Part shown: piece by piece, positions 11,701-24,685 of the stretch
How the letters are laid out: each line of letters starts with the position of its first letter
Position numbering within the stretch: position 1 is the first letter of the stretch
Assembly: GCF_000485595.1 (NCBI RefSeq)
Contig: NW_014577074.1
Span: 155,319 to 212,490, forward strand
Origin: Priapulus caudatus
Lineage: Eukaryota
Direction: 5' to 3'
Length of the DNA stretch: 57,172 nucleotides
Program-made: the position numbers and the translations under genes
Notes under the pieces: model-generated
Databases searched by the model: none
Told to the model about the DNA's origin: nothing
The model's input: only the letters and a program-made list of their open reading frames with translations

Positions 11701-12925
11701 AGTGGTGACCTACCATTTTTATGGACTTCCTAGACTTCCGAACTGTTGTTATGCAGTGTGAGGAATGGTCTCTTGTCTGTTGACAAGAATGCCACCTGTT
11801 GGCGGCAGGAGTAAGATAATATAGGATATTATATAATATAGGATAATATAGTATATGTGTGTATATATATAGTGTGTATATATGTGTGTATATATATATA
11901 CGTGTATATATAGGATAATATATATAGTGTGTATGATATAATATAGGATATAATATAGGATCCTATATTATCTTACTCCTGCTGCCAACAGGTGCATTCT
12001 TGTCAACAGACAAGAGACCATTCCTCACACTGCATAACAACAGTTTGGAAGTCTAGGAAAGCTGAACCACCAGCCTAGTCAAACGCTATGAACCATGTGT
12101 GACGTTCAAAGCTATATCTCCATAAAAAAAGAAGAGGTATGGAAACAAAGTAAAGTTTGAGTGTGCGGTGGATGTCCAACGCTAATTTAGATGTAATTTT
12201 TATCGAGTTGCACGTAATATATTATCATCGGTAAAATGAGGCAAGCAAATGTTGAATTTCTCGTGTTTTGGAGTGTCATACTCCTTCTATATTATCTTAC
12301 TCCTGATAGTATCACAGCATGGGCTGAACGTAGACTGGTACTCGCTCCCACCTCGATTACTCGCCCCATCGAGTAACTAAGCCGAGAGGTGGGACCGGGT
12401 ACCAGTCTACGTAATACGATGCAGTATGCACGCCATCAATTTGATCTATCGGAACAGAGTGAGAAGAATGTCCCGGCAGGATAGGTCAAATGTATACATT
12501 GCGCTCAAAAGTGCAGAAAGAATTACTTTCTTAACTTCAGTTTAATCAATCTTGAGATAAGTAATTGCAGAATTGAATCGTCAAACCTACCAATGGAAAT
12601 TTGCCAGTTTTGTACTGTCCTTGGCATGGCTCTCTCCATCAACATTACAGTAGTGTGCAATGTCGGGATATGGTGGAGCATGCTGGCTTACAGAGCCAGA
12701 TGGTTGACTGTCAGTCGAAATGTGTTGATCCTCCCCGACATTGAAGAAATCTGTACGTTATACGTGCGTCTACCCTGCCCGCCATCTTCGTCGAAAGTTT
12801 GGACGCTGCGCGGCGAAATCAGAATGTACATTTCAATCGATGACGTAACTGATACAGTAGCGCGCCGCGTGGGTGTTATTTGTTTATAAACAATTTAGTC
12901 TGACTGACTCTCTCCCTCTCGCTCA

Positions 12926-12958
<33 letters not shown>

Positions 12959-15900
12959 CCCCCCTCTCTCACTTCCTCTCTCTCGCTCTCTCTCTCTGCA
13001 ATAAGAAAAATGTTTGCTGAAATTATGTGTACGCAACTGCGTATCTGCATATCTGCGCCTAATAAAGGTGTCACTACGCACGACTGAAATGTTACGTTTA
13101 TAACCGTAGCAACAGACCTCAGATGAGCCCAGTTGCTCTGCGGCACTTGTTACTTTTTAAGTTTATCAAATTATATCAGGAGTGTATAATGACAAACTGC
13201 CAACAAAAATATTGTCTACTGTACAAACAAAACTGTACAAAATTGTCATTATACACTCCTGATTATATGTATTAAATTAACTGAACATTTCCATAAGGCC
13301 AAAACAAAATATAGGTGTGGTTACCGTTTCATGCCGAAAAAAAATAGGGTAGGTAGGTAGGGAAAACATTTTATTTACGAAAGCGCATGTCCGTAAAGGA
13401 TGTGCGTTGATGGCCTTTTGCAGCAGGAAGCTGTCGGCAATTCATTTTTTTTTTTTTTTTTTTTTAAATTTTTTTTAAAGAAAATTGACAATAAAATATG
13501 TTTAGGGTAGCTGGGAATAAATAGGGTCGGTCGGGAAACGGTAACCACAACCTATATTTTGTTTTTGGCCTAATACTGTGTTCGAAAACTCACTTACATA
13601 AAACTGTTCTCACTGCAAGTAAAGACGAGATCTAGAACCGTTCACGGAATTGAAATGCTCTAGAGTATACTTCGGTTTTTTATGCTGCTTGGTTTCTGTT
13701 TGCGTGAACGAATATCAGACCGGAGTGAGAGGCGTGAGATTAGCCTCAATTATGTGAGTATCACGGCCGAAGGCATCGCGTGAGAGTTGGCAGCCCCTGA
13801 AAACAGCACCAGTCAGTGAGGGGTGGCTATAGTATTTTACTTTGATGATAGCAGGAGATGATAGTAAGGAATTTGTAGTGAATACACTGCAAAATTGTCA
13901 ATTAATCTTGGACAAACAATGAATTTGGGCTACATATCGCTTGTAAATCTCACTGCAGGAGTTGAAATCAAATTTTAACTATTTCTCCCTAGAAAATAAT
14001 TTAGGCAGTGGTTAATCATGTGTGCTATTGAAGGAGGCAAGTTCTCAGTATACACGCCGTTTAATCGCGAGATCAAATGACCTTGACATGCTAAGGGTGA
14101 GATCTTATAACCATGTACCGGATTGCAGAGCATTGCAGTCCTCAGGTGGTAATCTATCTAAAAGTAAACATTTGTATTAACAGTGAATCATTTATCAGTA
14201 GTGAGTTCTCCTAGTACATTCTGTGAAACAAGAATGCCAATGGGTTCATTTGCCACGACGGAGTCTTGAGGGCAAAGTACGACCTTCTATTCCTAAACAG
14301 CTGCCATATCGAAGTCTCTCTGCCCCTCTACCTCTATCATCTCTTTCTCTCTCCCTCTCTCTCTCTCTCTCTCCTCTCTGTCTCTTCTCTCTCTCTCTCG
14401 TCTCTCATCTCTCTCTCCTCTCTGCTCCCTCTCCCTCTACAGTCCATCTTCCTCTCTCTCTCTCTTTCTCTCTCTCTCTCTTATCTCTCTCGATTTACCT
14501 AGGTTCCTCCAAGAAAGTTATTCGGCCACTACAGCACGATTTAGTAAGTGTGTATAATTAAGTCTACTTATTTGTCACAAATAAATTGTCTACTGATATA
14601 CATTCGAAATCGAACGAGTTGGGAGAGCCAAAGATGGTGAAAATAATAACGGCAGAGGCATTGCGGATAGCTAGATAACTCGGAACGCAGTGTTTGCCAC
14701 TGAGCAGAAAAAGCCTTAGGCCTGCAAGGCCTATAACTCCTAAACGCTGCAGGCCCGCCAGCAAAGCTGGAGGCCCGCCAATTTTTGGAGCAAATTACAG
14801 TAATAAAACAGCCATATCATGTTCTTCCTTGTGTTTATTAGTCATTATCAAATGTCCATAATCATAATCCTCTGTTTTTCTTTTCCTCTCGTCGGATGAC
14901 TGTTTATGCTTCTTTGCCGGGGCTCACGAATTAAGGAAACGCCACATCGTTGTGTATATGTAGCTCCTTGGTAAACTACGACTCTGCCACTTTGACAGCA
15001 GAGAGACAGACTGGTAGTCTGGTACCCCATTGGGGACTTCTATGGGGGTCTGGTCTAAGAGCAATCTAGAGCCATTTCAGGGTACTCCAATAGCTTACAA
15101 CTAGCAACATTTTTGGTGGAAAGGGAAAAATTATGTAAAATTACCTAAAGTACTGTAAAATTTTTATGGGCACTGGGGAATTCCGTCTGTGTTGAGTGTG
15201 TTCAAAGTAAAATGTATTTTGGTAGACATACAAGCTCTTACGTAGGGAAGCTTTTATTAGCTACCACGCCTGTATAAAATGTATATAGTTTTTTTAAAAC
15301 GTTAAAAACAATATGACAACGGTTAAACCTGAGTGGTGCGGACCGGGGCTGTACTGCTGTTTGCATGACTAGTAAAGTAAATACGACGTGCTTTTGGCAG
15401 GCTACAGTGACTTATGACATGTGTGTTAAAACTTGAGACAAAATTATTATTATTTACTGTATAATTCAACATGAATATTACCTTAAATCTTCTTAGTATT
15501 ATTTTAAAACAGTATACTGATCGTTTGTTGACTACCAGTGATACTTTATTGTTTACATCCAAACGTGAAATGCGCGGGATGTGCTAATTCTACACAGCCT
15601 AGCGCACGTGAACAGTGAGTGGGTAATGCTATCCCACGGGCGTGGAGGGAGGTGACCGCAAATGTGGCAGCACTAGTGTTGGGATAGTGTTTAGGATTAG
15701 GGTTAGGTGCAGGGTTAGGTTAGGATTAGGGTTAGGGTTAGGGTTAGGATTAGGGTTAGGGTTAGGGTTTTTGGCATCATGATATCTGTCGCCTAACCAT
15801 AGTTAATTTTTGTGGATCACAATGCCTATATATAGCGGCGGCGACAACATATATACTTAGTGTGAGTGTTAGTGTTGCGGTGTTGGAGTGAGTGTTACCG

Positions 15901-17299
15901 TTAGGGTTAACTTTTGAACGTCATCGTCAACGTTATCACGTGACCTTCCCTCGCACGCCCGCGTGGTAGCAACACCCGTGAACAGTGAGCGTGCTGCACG
16001 GACCCGCGCACGGTAAATAAACGCCTGGCCAACACAATGTAAGGTTCACACCCTACGGCCAAAAGTAAGATCCACCCCACTTCTTATCGATTTTTGGTAT
16101 GCCAAACGCTGCTTCTGGATTTCAGGAACTGTGTTAACCTGTGTGTCCGAACATCCACCACGTTTGCTTGAATGCCAACTAAAAGTTGATTGCAGGGCAG
16201 TCAATAATATGCAGGGCGAACGCATTGTTTACGTGTATGTCACGGTTTTATGCCACGGATTAGTTTTCAAATAAATACCCCTTGAAAGTTAATATATGCA
16301 TGAACAGATTTCTACAGGTAACAGTTTCCCAGTGTTTTCGAGTTTTCGGTGATTAAATAGCTGTAGGATCAGCGGGTCCTGTTGTATCAAGACAAGAAGC
16401 TGTAGGCCCGGCATCGAAACTGCCGGCGGCGGGCCGAGCGGGCCGACGTGAATTTCGAAGCACTGCTCGGAACACTAGATATTCGAAACATGAAGAAGAA
16501 ATACGCCTATTTTGCATGTGTGGAGGGGAAATGAAACATGCATTCCATGTACAACCATTACTGAATATCGATACAGACAAATTCTACATTTAACTCTTAT
16601 TTTCAAACGAACGCTGTCTTGGTCTTTCTGAGAGAAACGCTTGTACATCAGCATTATTGGTATTTCATGAAGCATGTTATAAATAGTTACTTGCACATCT
16701 TGGCAGCACCCAGTGTCCTAACTGTGTAATTTTATACTGATTATGCTGATAAAAGCTTGATAGGCAATGTCCAAGTCTATCTATGTTGTTGTTAGATTTA
16801 GTAGCAAAGTGACGCAGTACAATATGGGTGGATGCAGTGATGTAAAGAGATAGAGGCGCAAGGTTAATTCAAAAATCGGCAATCCTTTATTCATCTGCTG
16901 TAAGAATTTTGAAGAAATCCTATTTTTTTATTAGGACTGGCAACAGCACTTTTTTACGCAGCTCCTCACGCATAAATTTACCCAGATGTCACAAATTTTT
17001 TTGCCAAAAAATAAGAATGTTTCACTGACTCTTCCTTGTCAGAAAAATGTTGTACATAGTGTGTGGTAGCTGTATCATCGCGTAGTAGCTCAGCTGTTGA
17101 ACATTGATCATTGACTATAATGCAGATCGTGAATGAATGTCGCGAAGTGTTGTTTGTCAAGCGTCATGTTTCCACCGCTTGCATTCTCAATTTCAAATTT
17201 GTAAAATGATGATAAATTATGGGCGTTGATATCTTGCAGAGTAAACAGTATTGTAGGCTATTTGCGCTCATTAATGCTATAAATAAACATGAGGTAGGT
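11701..17299 (+). repeat. Direct duplication of 4390-9894 (probable gap-fill redundancy)
   Basis: Colinear near-identity with 1-2-nt indels that become denser towards the N gap; post-gap 17325-17516 repeats 11513-11700. Confidence 0.9.
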
Positions 17300-17324
17300 N
17301 NNNNNNNNNNNNNNNNNNNNNNNN
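17300..17324. other. Assembly gap, 25 N
   Basis: Run of 25 N. Confidence 0.99.
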
Positions 17325-17669
17325 TAACTTTAGCAAAGCATGAACTCTATCCAATAGCATATATCAATGATATATATGTTTTTTGTGTGGCAACATATTG
17401 TTTGATGTTATAGAATTCATCGTGAACTTTCTAAATAAATATAATTCTGCCACAGGAAATCAATATTCTGACGTATCTACGCTCTTGTGTATTACGACAG
17501 GCATTTACAATAATTTTATACGATTGAGTTTTGCCCACTATCATGTCTGTGATTGTACCTGTCATTTACTGGTTCTAAACTTAATTTAGTTGTTTTGGTT
17601 ATACGTAAAGAAGTGATATGGATCATGTTTTGGTTACAGCAATGGATTAACAGTAAAATATCTTATTGA

Positions 17670-17745
17670 CAGCCTGGGTTCAAATCACCGTCACTGGACC
17701 GTGGGGTGAAGTCACTGTTGTTGTGCCCGCAGGCAGGCCGATGAC
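17670..17745 (+). mobile_element. Possible degenerate tRNA-derived SINE head
   Basis: B-box-like cctgggttcaaatc followed by gttgtgcccgcaggcagg; no clear A box or tail. Confidence 0.3.
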
Positions 17746-18492
17746 TTTAGTTTAATGTGTTTCAGTCGATACCAGTTTTACGAATAGGTTAAGAGCACGA
17801 TAGTTCAGTTACAGGCGACTAAGGCACTACTACTTCTGTGTTTACTTGTGTATCTAGTTGAGGTTATTTACTCTCACAACCCCAGATCACAGTTCGTAAA
17901 GCACCGGCAGAGGTATAAAAAAAGTTGTAGGGGGTTAGGCTTATTGTACGATTTGTGCAAGTGTCATATATGTCAGTCCTGCACGACTGTCAGAGACAGG
18001 CATATTATTGTCAGAGTTACAGTGACATAGAACGATTAAATATTCAGTTGGTGGGGGGAGAGGGAAAATGCGATTTAATTTCTGTCCAGACTAGGCTGTA
18101 TCTAGACCGCACGTGACACATGCATGTGACGTTTGTATGTGTGCCTGGTGATAATCCGTGCCGATATAGTGTCGTGGGTGGACACTATATCTGAAGCCGA
18201 ATCGATAACGTTCTTATTGATGTAGCTGCGTGCTGCAAATTCTGTTTGCTGTACTGGCATGACTCAGCTTTTTTTCTTCATGGGGTTTTTCTAACCATTA
18301 TATGCTCTAGTACCGATATTTATGTTTGGTCTGACCACACGAGCAGTCTTACCGCATGGTTTCGCTGAATGTGCTGAATGCACTGAAATGTGCATAATTA
18401 TGGGTATCAACGGATCTTATTAATTTTATTTTCGAAAAAGAAAACATGACGTAATGGATGTCGCAATCACGACGTAAGATAGGTCGTTATAG

Positions 18493-19310
18493 ATGGACAC
18501 TCCCTGGATGCGTCATCCCGCCACGCCTGCATGGAAACCCCAGAATGCTCCAGTTATCGAGATATGAAGTCGCAGTCTAAGCGAGGACATTGCCTCCTAC
18601 AAATATGCGATGCTAAACATAACAATAATAATGTTAATATAATGTTAGATATAACGAACGCAGCGCAGTAAAACGTGCGCATCGAAGCCCGTGTGGGCAA
18701 ATTTTCTTTTGTCGCGCCTCGTCTCAGCGTGGTCAGGCGTGAACGTGGGAGGACAAGGAGCTTCTTAACACCGTTGAGGTCGCAGGGCGAGCTCGCAATA
18801 GATATACTGTCGAACAACGAGCCGCCCCAACCTAGGCGTGCAGGTGAATTTATGGATTACTGCTGGCGCTGCACCGAATATAATAACCGAGCGTGACTGG
18901 CAGATTTTTGAATTATAGGTGTAACTGGAGTGGCGGACAGAGATAGCCACGGCTCCGTGCAGGCCCGGCTCGCGACTGTCGGCGCTTACCCGAAGATATT
19001 TGTCGTATTTGGCGAAAGAGTGTATCTTGGGCGGGGAAGGTTGGGTTATGATTGTCCGCGTTGCTGTTTTGGCAGTGTGTAGAGGAGACTATTTGGACGG
19101 TAAGTTTTCGGGAGCGTGCAATAAGCGTGCTGTCTGTTGTGTATTCATGGTTGTGTGTGTGCGTGCGTGTGTGCGTGCGTGCGTGCGCGCATGCCATTTC
19201 TGACTACGTGCGTGTGCTCATGATGCGTAATTTGCATGGCATCTAGATGTTGCATGATTACATTTATTTTTATCTGCATACTTTCATTTGTCTATATGCA
19301 TTATTACGTG

Positions 19311-19391
<81 letters not shown>

Positions 19392-21023
19392 CGTGTGGCT
19401 CGTGCGTGCGTGCGTGCAGTGCTGCCTAACCAACCGCATATATGTACGTGCCGGAAGGCTTCTGCCGATAATTTGCAACTGCATCTTATTTGGGCTATTA
19501 TTCGAGGACGTAAGTGTTTTACATGACATTCTTCAGTGCATCACGCCTCACAGGTAATCATGTACACTGAGGTATGGATTTTACTGGCAGGTAAAGGAAC
19601 GAATGTACACGTTAATAAATATTGGAGCGTGCTGTGCCGGATACTGCGCTAAATGTGCATGAGATAAAACTTAGTAAATATAGATGATAATGTATGTATA
19701 ATATAGATTTAGTGTGGAACATGGGCATGTATGGACACTCCCTGGATGCGTCGATCATCCCGCCACGCCTGCATGGAAACCCCAGAATGCTCCAGTTATC
19801 GAGATATGAAGTCACAGTCCAAGCGAGGACATTGCCTCCTGCAAATATGCGATGCTAAACATATACAATAATAATTAATATAATGTTAGATATATACGAA
19901 CCGCAGCGCAGAAAACGTGCCGATCGAAGTCCCGTGTGGCAATTTTTTTTGTCGCGCCATCGCTCAGCGTGGTCCGCGTGACGTGGGCAGGTAGCAAGAG
20001 CTCTTACCCGGTGAGGTCCCACTGGCGAGCTCGACAATAGCTATACCTGTCAGACAACGAGCCGCCCCAAACCAGCGTGCAGGTTGTATTTATGGATTAC
20101 TGGCTGGCGCGCATGCACGCATATATACACGCAGCGTGACTGGCAGATTTTTTGAGATTATAGGTGTTAACTGAGTGGCGGACAGAAGCCCGGCTCCTGG
20201 CAGGCCGGCCTGCGCGACCGCCGCGCTACCGAAAATTTGGCGTATTGCGAAGAGGTATTATCTTGGCGAGGGAAGGTTGGGTTACTGATTGCTCCGCGTG
20301 CTGTTTTGCAGTGGGTGTTAATGAGAGATGATTTGGACGGTAAGTTTTCGGAGCGTGCAATAAGCGTGCTGTCTGTTGTTGTGTTATTCATGGTTATGTG
20401 TGTGCGTGCGTGCGTGCGCGCATCCATTTTCGACTACATGCGTATGCTCATGATGCGTAATTTGAATGCATCTTAGTTCTAGATGTGCGTGATTACATTT
20501 ATTTTTATCTGCATTACATTCATTTGCTATATAATATGCATTATCACGTGTGTGTGCGTGTGGTGTGTGTGTGTGTGTGTGTGTGCGTGGCGTGTGTGTG
20601 TGTGGTGTTGTGCGTGCGTGCGTGCCGTGCGTGCGTGCGTGCGTGTGTGTGGTTGTGGCGCTCGCGTGGCGTGTGTGTGTGTGAATATTGGTGCGTGCGT
20701 GCGTGCGTGCGTGTGCTCGTGCGTCGTGCTAACAACGCATAATATGTACGTGCTGGGAGGCTTCACGATAACTGCATCTTATTTGGGTCATTATTAGAGC
20801 GTAAGTGTTTTACATGACATTCTTCAGTGCATCACGCCTCACAGGTAATCATGTACACTGCATGAGGTATGGATTTTACTGGCAGGTAAAGGAACGAATG
20901 TACAGTAACAAATATTGTAGGTGCTGTGCCGGATACCGCGCTAATGCATGGAGATAAAAATTAGTAAATATAGATGATAATGTATGTATAATATAGATTT
21001 AGTGTGGAACATGGGCATGTATG
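18493..21023 (+). repeat. Tandem duplication of a ~1.25-kb unit (18493-19730, 19731-21023) containing (TG)n/(TGCG)n
   Basis: Both units start atggacactccctggatgcg and end gtggaacatgggcatgt; further copies at 25732-27066, 29326-30423 and inverted at about 37170-38508. Confidence 0.9.
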
Positions 21024-21352
21024 AGTTCCGTATATCTAGTATGTGTATGTGTTTAGTCTGTAGCATGGCTGAGTGACATATGTTAACATAGCAGCAGTTT
21101 TTATAGTTAACAAAAACATCGGCTAATTGACTGTCTGATAAATTATATAATAATAGTATATTGACGATATGAGGCAATAAAAATGAATTGTTTATGTTGA
21201 TTAATAGCCAGGAAATACTTAGAAAAGACTCACGCGTGTACTCCTATGTATTAGCAGGCTATGGAAAGCTAACTTGAAAAGTTTGTAAAAAAAAAAGGTC
21301 GTGCATATGGAGTAAGGAAGAGTAGTCTAATGAAGCACGTAATCTATGGTAT

Positions 21353-21416
21353 CAAGAGTACATAATAGAGTTATTATGTCTCCATTAGAGATATATATCT
21401 CTATTATGTTCTCTTG
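21353..21416. mobile_element. P-element-like micro-MITE
   Basis: caagagtacataatagag ... ctctattatgttctcttg; 7-bp TSD atggtat. Confidence 0.8.
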
Positions 21417-21709
21417 ATGGTATGCATACAGGCTTAAAATCTGTGTGCCAATCACGCTTTGAGGTAGAATATTGTTTTATTATAGCTATGTGTCCCTATA
21501 AGCCAGAGAATAACGCAGAGGTAGAAACATTACTTTTCACTGATCTGCCTATATAATCAGCTAGATTGAAATCATGCTAAACCCTCCAATGATGAGAGCT
21601 CGTATAAAAAGCCCTCCTGCGTAAGGATATAAATTATAATCATGTAGGGAACACCTGAGGTTTGGCCAAAAATAATGTGGAATACTGCAGAATAACGTAG
21701 AGATATTAT

Positions 21710-21743
21710 CAGGAGTAAGATAATCTATATTATCTTACTCCTG
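21710..21743. mobile_element. 34-bp P-like palindromic micro-MITE, absent from the duplicate copies
   Basis: caggagtaagataat-ctat-attatcttactcctg flanked by atattat; a clean single atattat (empty site) near 27754 and a noisier empty site near 36480 (rc). Confidence 0.85.
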
Positions 21744-22175
21744 ATATTATTAATAGAATTTATTTAATAGCAATGTTACTATATCTTTATTATCATATAT
21801 ATATGTTCCTGATATTATACTTGCAAATCTTATACTATCGAAATCGATTGAAACAGAAAATGAATCGGGTTATATCCACAGTAAATATGGTGGTAAAGCA
21901 ATTTACTAGCATGATAGTATTGCTTTATAGTGCCGTATGCAGGTTACTCGTACATAGTTACCATCCTAGTTTTGGTAAGCTAACAGCGGCATGGCCTGGC
22001 AGTTGACAAGGAACAGATTGTCACAATAGAGAAAAGAGATAGAAAAGAAGTTTTCCTTGATCTATGAGTACAAAATACTGAGCTGTGTTCAAAAAATGCC
22101 AGAAATAGCTGCCACTCCCAGATGGTTGCTAGGTATGTTATCCATAATATTATAGAATCTGTTAATAAATGAGCG

Positions 22176-22302
22176 TTGCTGCTGCTGCTGCTGCTGCTGT
22201 TGTTGTTGTTGTTGTTGTTGCTGATACTGCTGTTGTTATTGTTGCTGCTGCTGCTACTGTTGTTATTATTGTTGTTGTTGCTGTTTTTGTGGGTGTTGTT
22301 GT
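22176..22302. repeat. (CTG/TTG)n trinucleotide microsatellite
   Basis: Seen directly; copies at about 28195-28350 and 35885-36045. Confidence 0.95.
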
Positions 22303-22498
22303 TATGCTGGTCCACCAGATAATGCTCTGTTAGGATTCTATTTCATGACTTAGAGTTCAATTCAATATCTCCTAGTCTAGGCACTGGCTGCTGCAACCTA
22401 CCTATGTAGTATTTGCATAATATACTGTCTGTATGTTTTGGTTTGCATTTGATGCCTTGGGATCGTACCGTCTACATTTCATATCCACCTTTACCTAA

Positions 22499-22740
22499 GC
22501 TCATAGGGTCTATGTCCCCCAGGGTACTACCGGAACGTATCCTGGTAAGTTGGTAACTATTTGATATGGTTAGGGTTAGGGTTAGGGAGTAGGCGTAGGC
22601 GACTCCCTAGACTCGTTAATGGAGTTGGCGAGGTACGGTCCGGCCGGGCATATTAGATAGTACCAGGGTACGTTCCTGTATACCGGACCGTACCCAGGGT
22701 ACGTTCCGGCTGTACCCTGGGGGACATAGACCCTCTCAGC
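22499..22740. mobile_element. TTAGGG-containing Mutator-like MITE
   Basis: gctcatagggtctatgtccccc ... ggggacatagaccctctcagc; 9-bp TSD tttacctaa / tctacctaa. Confidence 0.8.
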
Positions 22741-24685
22741 TCTACCTAATATAGCGCTAATTATCATCGCAGACGAGTGCATTATTTCTGGTGGTTTGCA
22801 TGGAAACGTTTGGCTGCGAGTAACACTGCCACAGGTAATATAACAAGCGGTGGTATTTAATGTCGGCAGGGAACCCTGCTCGAGCGAGCGATCAGTCGAG
22901 CTCACGTGATTTCGCTGTGCAGCGTTCCGCAGTGTTCAACAATGGCGGCGACGTCGTCCTCGAACCCTAACGAGCAGGTTCCCGGTGCGGGCGGCAGGCG
23001 AATTAGCTAAACTGGTTCGATGAAGAGGACTTTTTTGCATGCCATGGTTCACTCGTTGGTGTTTCCCACTCAAGTTTTTGCCGGCTCAGGCGTATTTTTT
23101 TCTCGAACAGCCTTCACGAGAACCCGGTGCATTGTGCGGGAAGGGGCGTGTTACGCGGGTGGGGTGGGATAGGTGTAATCTCTGAGGATCGCATCTGGCA
23201 CTGCTGTGCTATGGATGAGGAGAATGATGGAATCTCTACTTGGATTGGCAAGCTGCCAGTTACGTATGTGGGCATAAAGGTGCAATAGAGTATCTTGATC
23301 TTATGAATGTAGCACATCTGCAAAATGGTAAAGAGGAAGTCTTCTAGCAGTAAATTTATTGGCCGTTTTATTGCTTGTCCTTGATTCGAGGGAAGGACGC
23401 GGATAAGGCACAGCATCATGCCTGAGTAAGGCAATTTTAATGGCATAGACCGACAATAAAGTCACATAGACTGGCACGGTAATCGTGAGTCATTGTTTGC
23501 ATCGATCAGCCTTGTTGGTGCAGCTGTATGTACCTTTGAAGTCAGATTAGGTGTTCAGTTTAGTCCACTCATAGTGACTCATCATTTATTTAAGTTCAAA
23601 CATCAAACATTTACCCGCCAAAACGTTAGCATCATACATAATAAAGGTATCAGGAGAAATGACGCTGCAAAAATTGGTAAGCTTGTGTTTTAAAATGGTA
23701 CTTGGCATACTCACACACATGAATCCCACTAATTAATGAAGCACAGTTGAAATCATACTATGACGTGCACTTGTATCAGAGCTAGCAGAGACCTGATAAA
23801 CAGCATTGCGATGACGTAGTGCAGGAAAATGAGTTTTTTAATTAGTGGAAGTGCCACGTGTATTGGCTTATACGTTTACGAATCTCCCGCATCACACTTC
23901 TACTTTACCCATAAGTCACACGCAGAGAGTTCCAGCATGGCCAATGATAGAACCTACTGACAGCACACCTTCAAAGTTGATAATAAGAAAAATATTATAT
24001 ATGAAGTTCATTTAGTGGTTGTGCGCATGCTATTTGCACTGTATCTTTAAGATGTTCACATCCATTCTTCGTCAGGAAGTAATCTTTGAACGCTTTGAAA
24101 AAAAAAAATATTATGGACGATATTTAGTCACGGTCCCAGATTTTCTCTAGACTTGATAGGCATTGTTAGTGACTATAAACTGGTTTTCTGTTGATGCCCG
24201 GACACGCAGAGTAAATTTTATAAGGCCATAATTATAGTTCATCTAGACTGCAGAATCGTAAGAGCCTGTTCTGGTTTTATTTAATGCCTAACACGGTCCC
24301 TCCACGAATTAGTCTCACCAGGAATACCGGTATCAACATATCACGCATACGGTGTAATACTTCGTATGTCGATAGGTTTCTGGTCTAACTCGGTAGGTAC
24401 CGTTTTAGACGCCAGAACACCGGGGGTCCAGTTTAAAGTGCCATGTGATGTAGCTACCTAATTGGAACATGCCGATCAAATTTCCCAATGTTGCGATCGA
24501 TTGCAGCGTGGAAGGCGGATGGGCCGTCGTGGCCAGCCGGGGCTGTTTGCTGCGCGGCGTGCGCCCTTTATTTCTGTTGGTATTCTCAACATGTGCGGTG
24601 CGTTTGTTACTTACAGGTACCATCTGGAGCTCGCACTGAGCCGTGCGACGCAGGAAGAAGCTAAGGCCGAGCGAAACCAGCGAGC

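Noticed and set aside
21579..21664. Candidate box C/D snoRNA (ATGATGA at 21589, CTGA at 21655)
   Set aside because: Terminal stem is weak in the k-turn register, there are no clear C'/D' boxes, and I could not recognise an rRNA or snRNA complementarity; snoscan or Infernal would settle it
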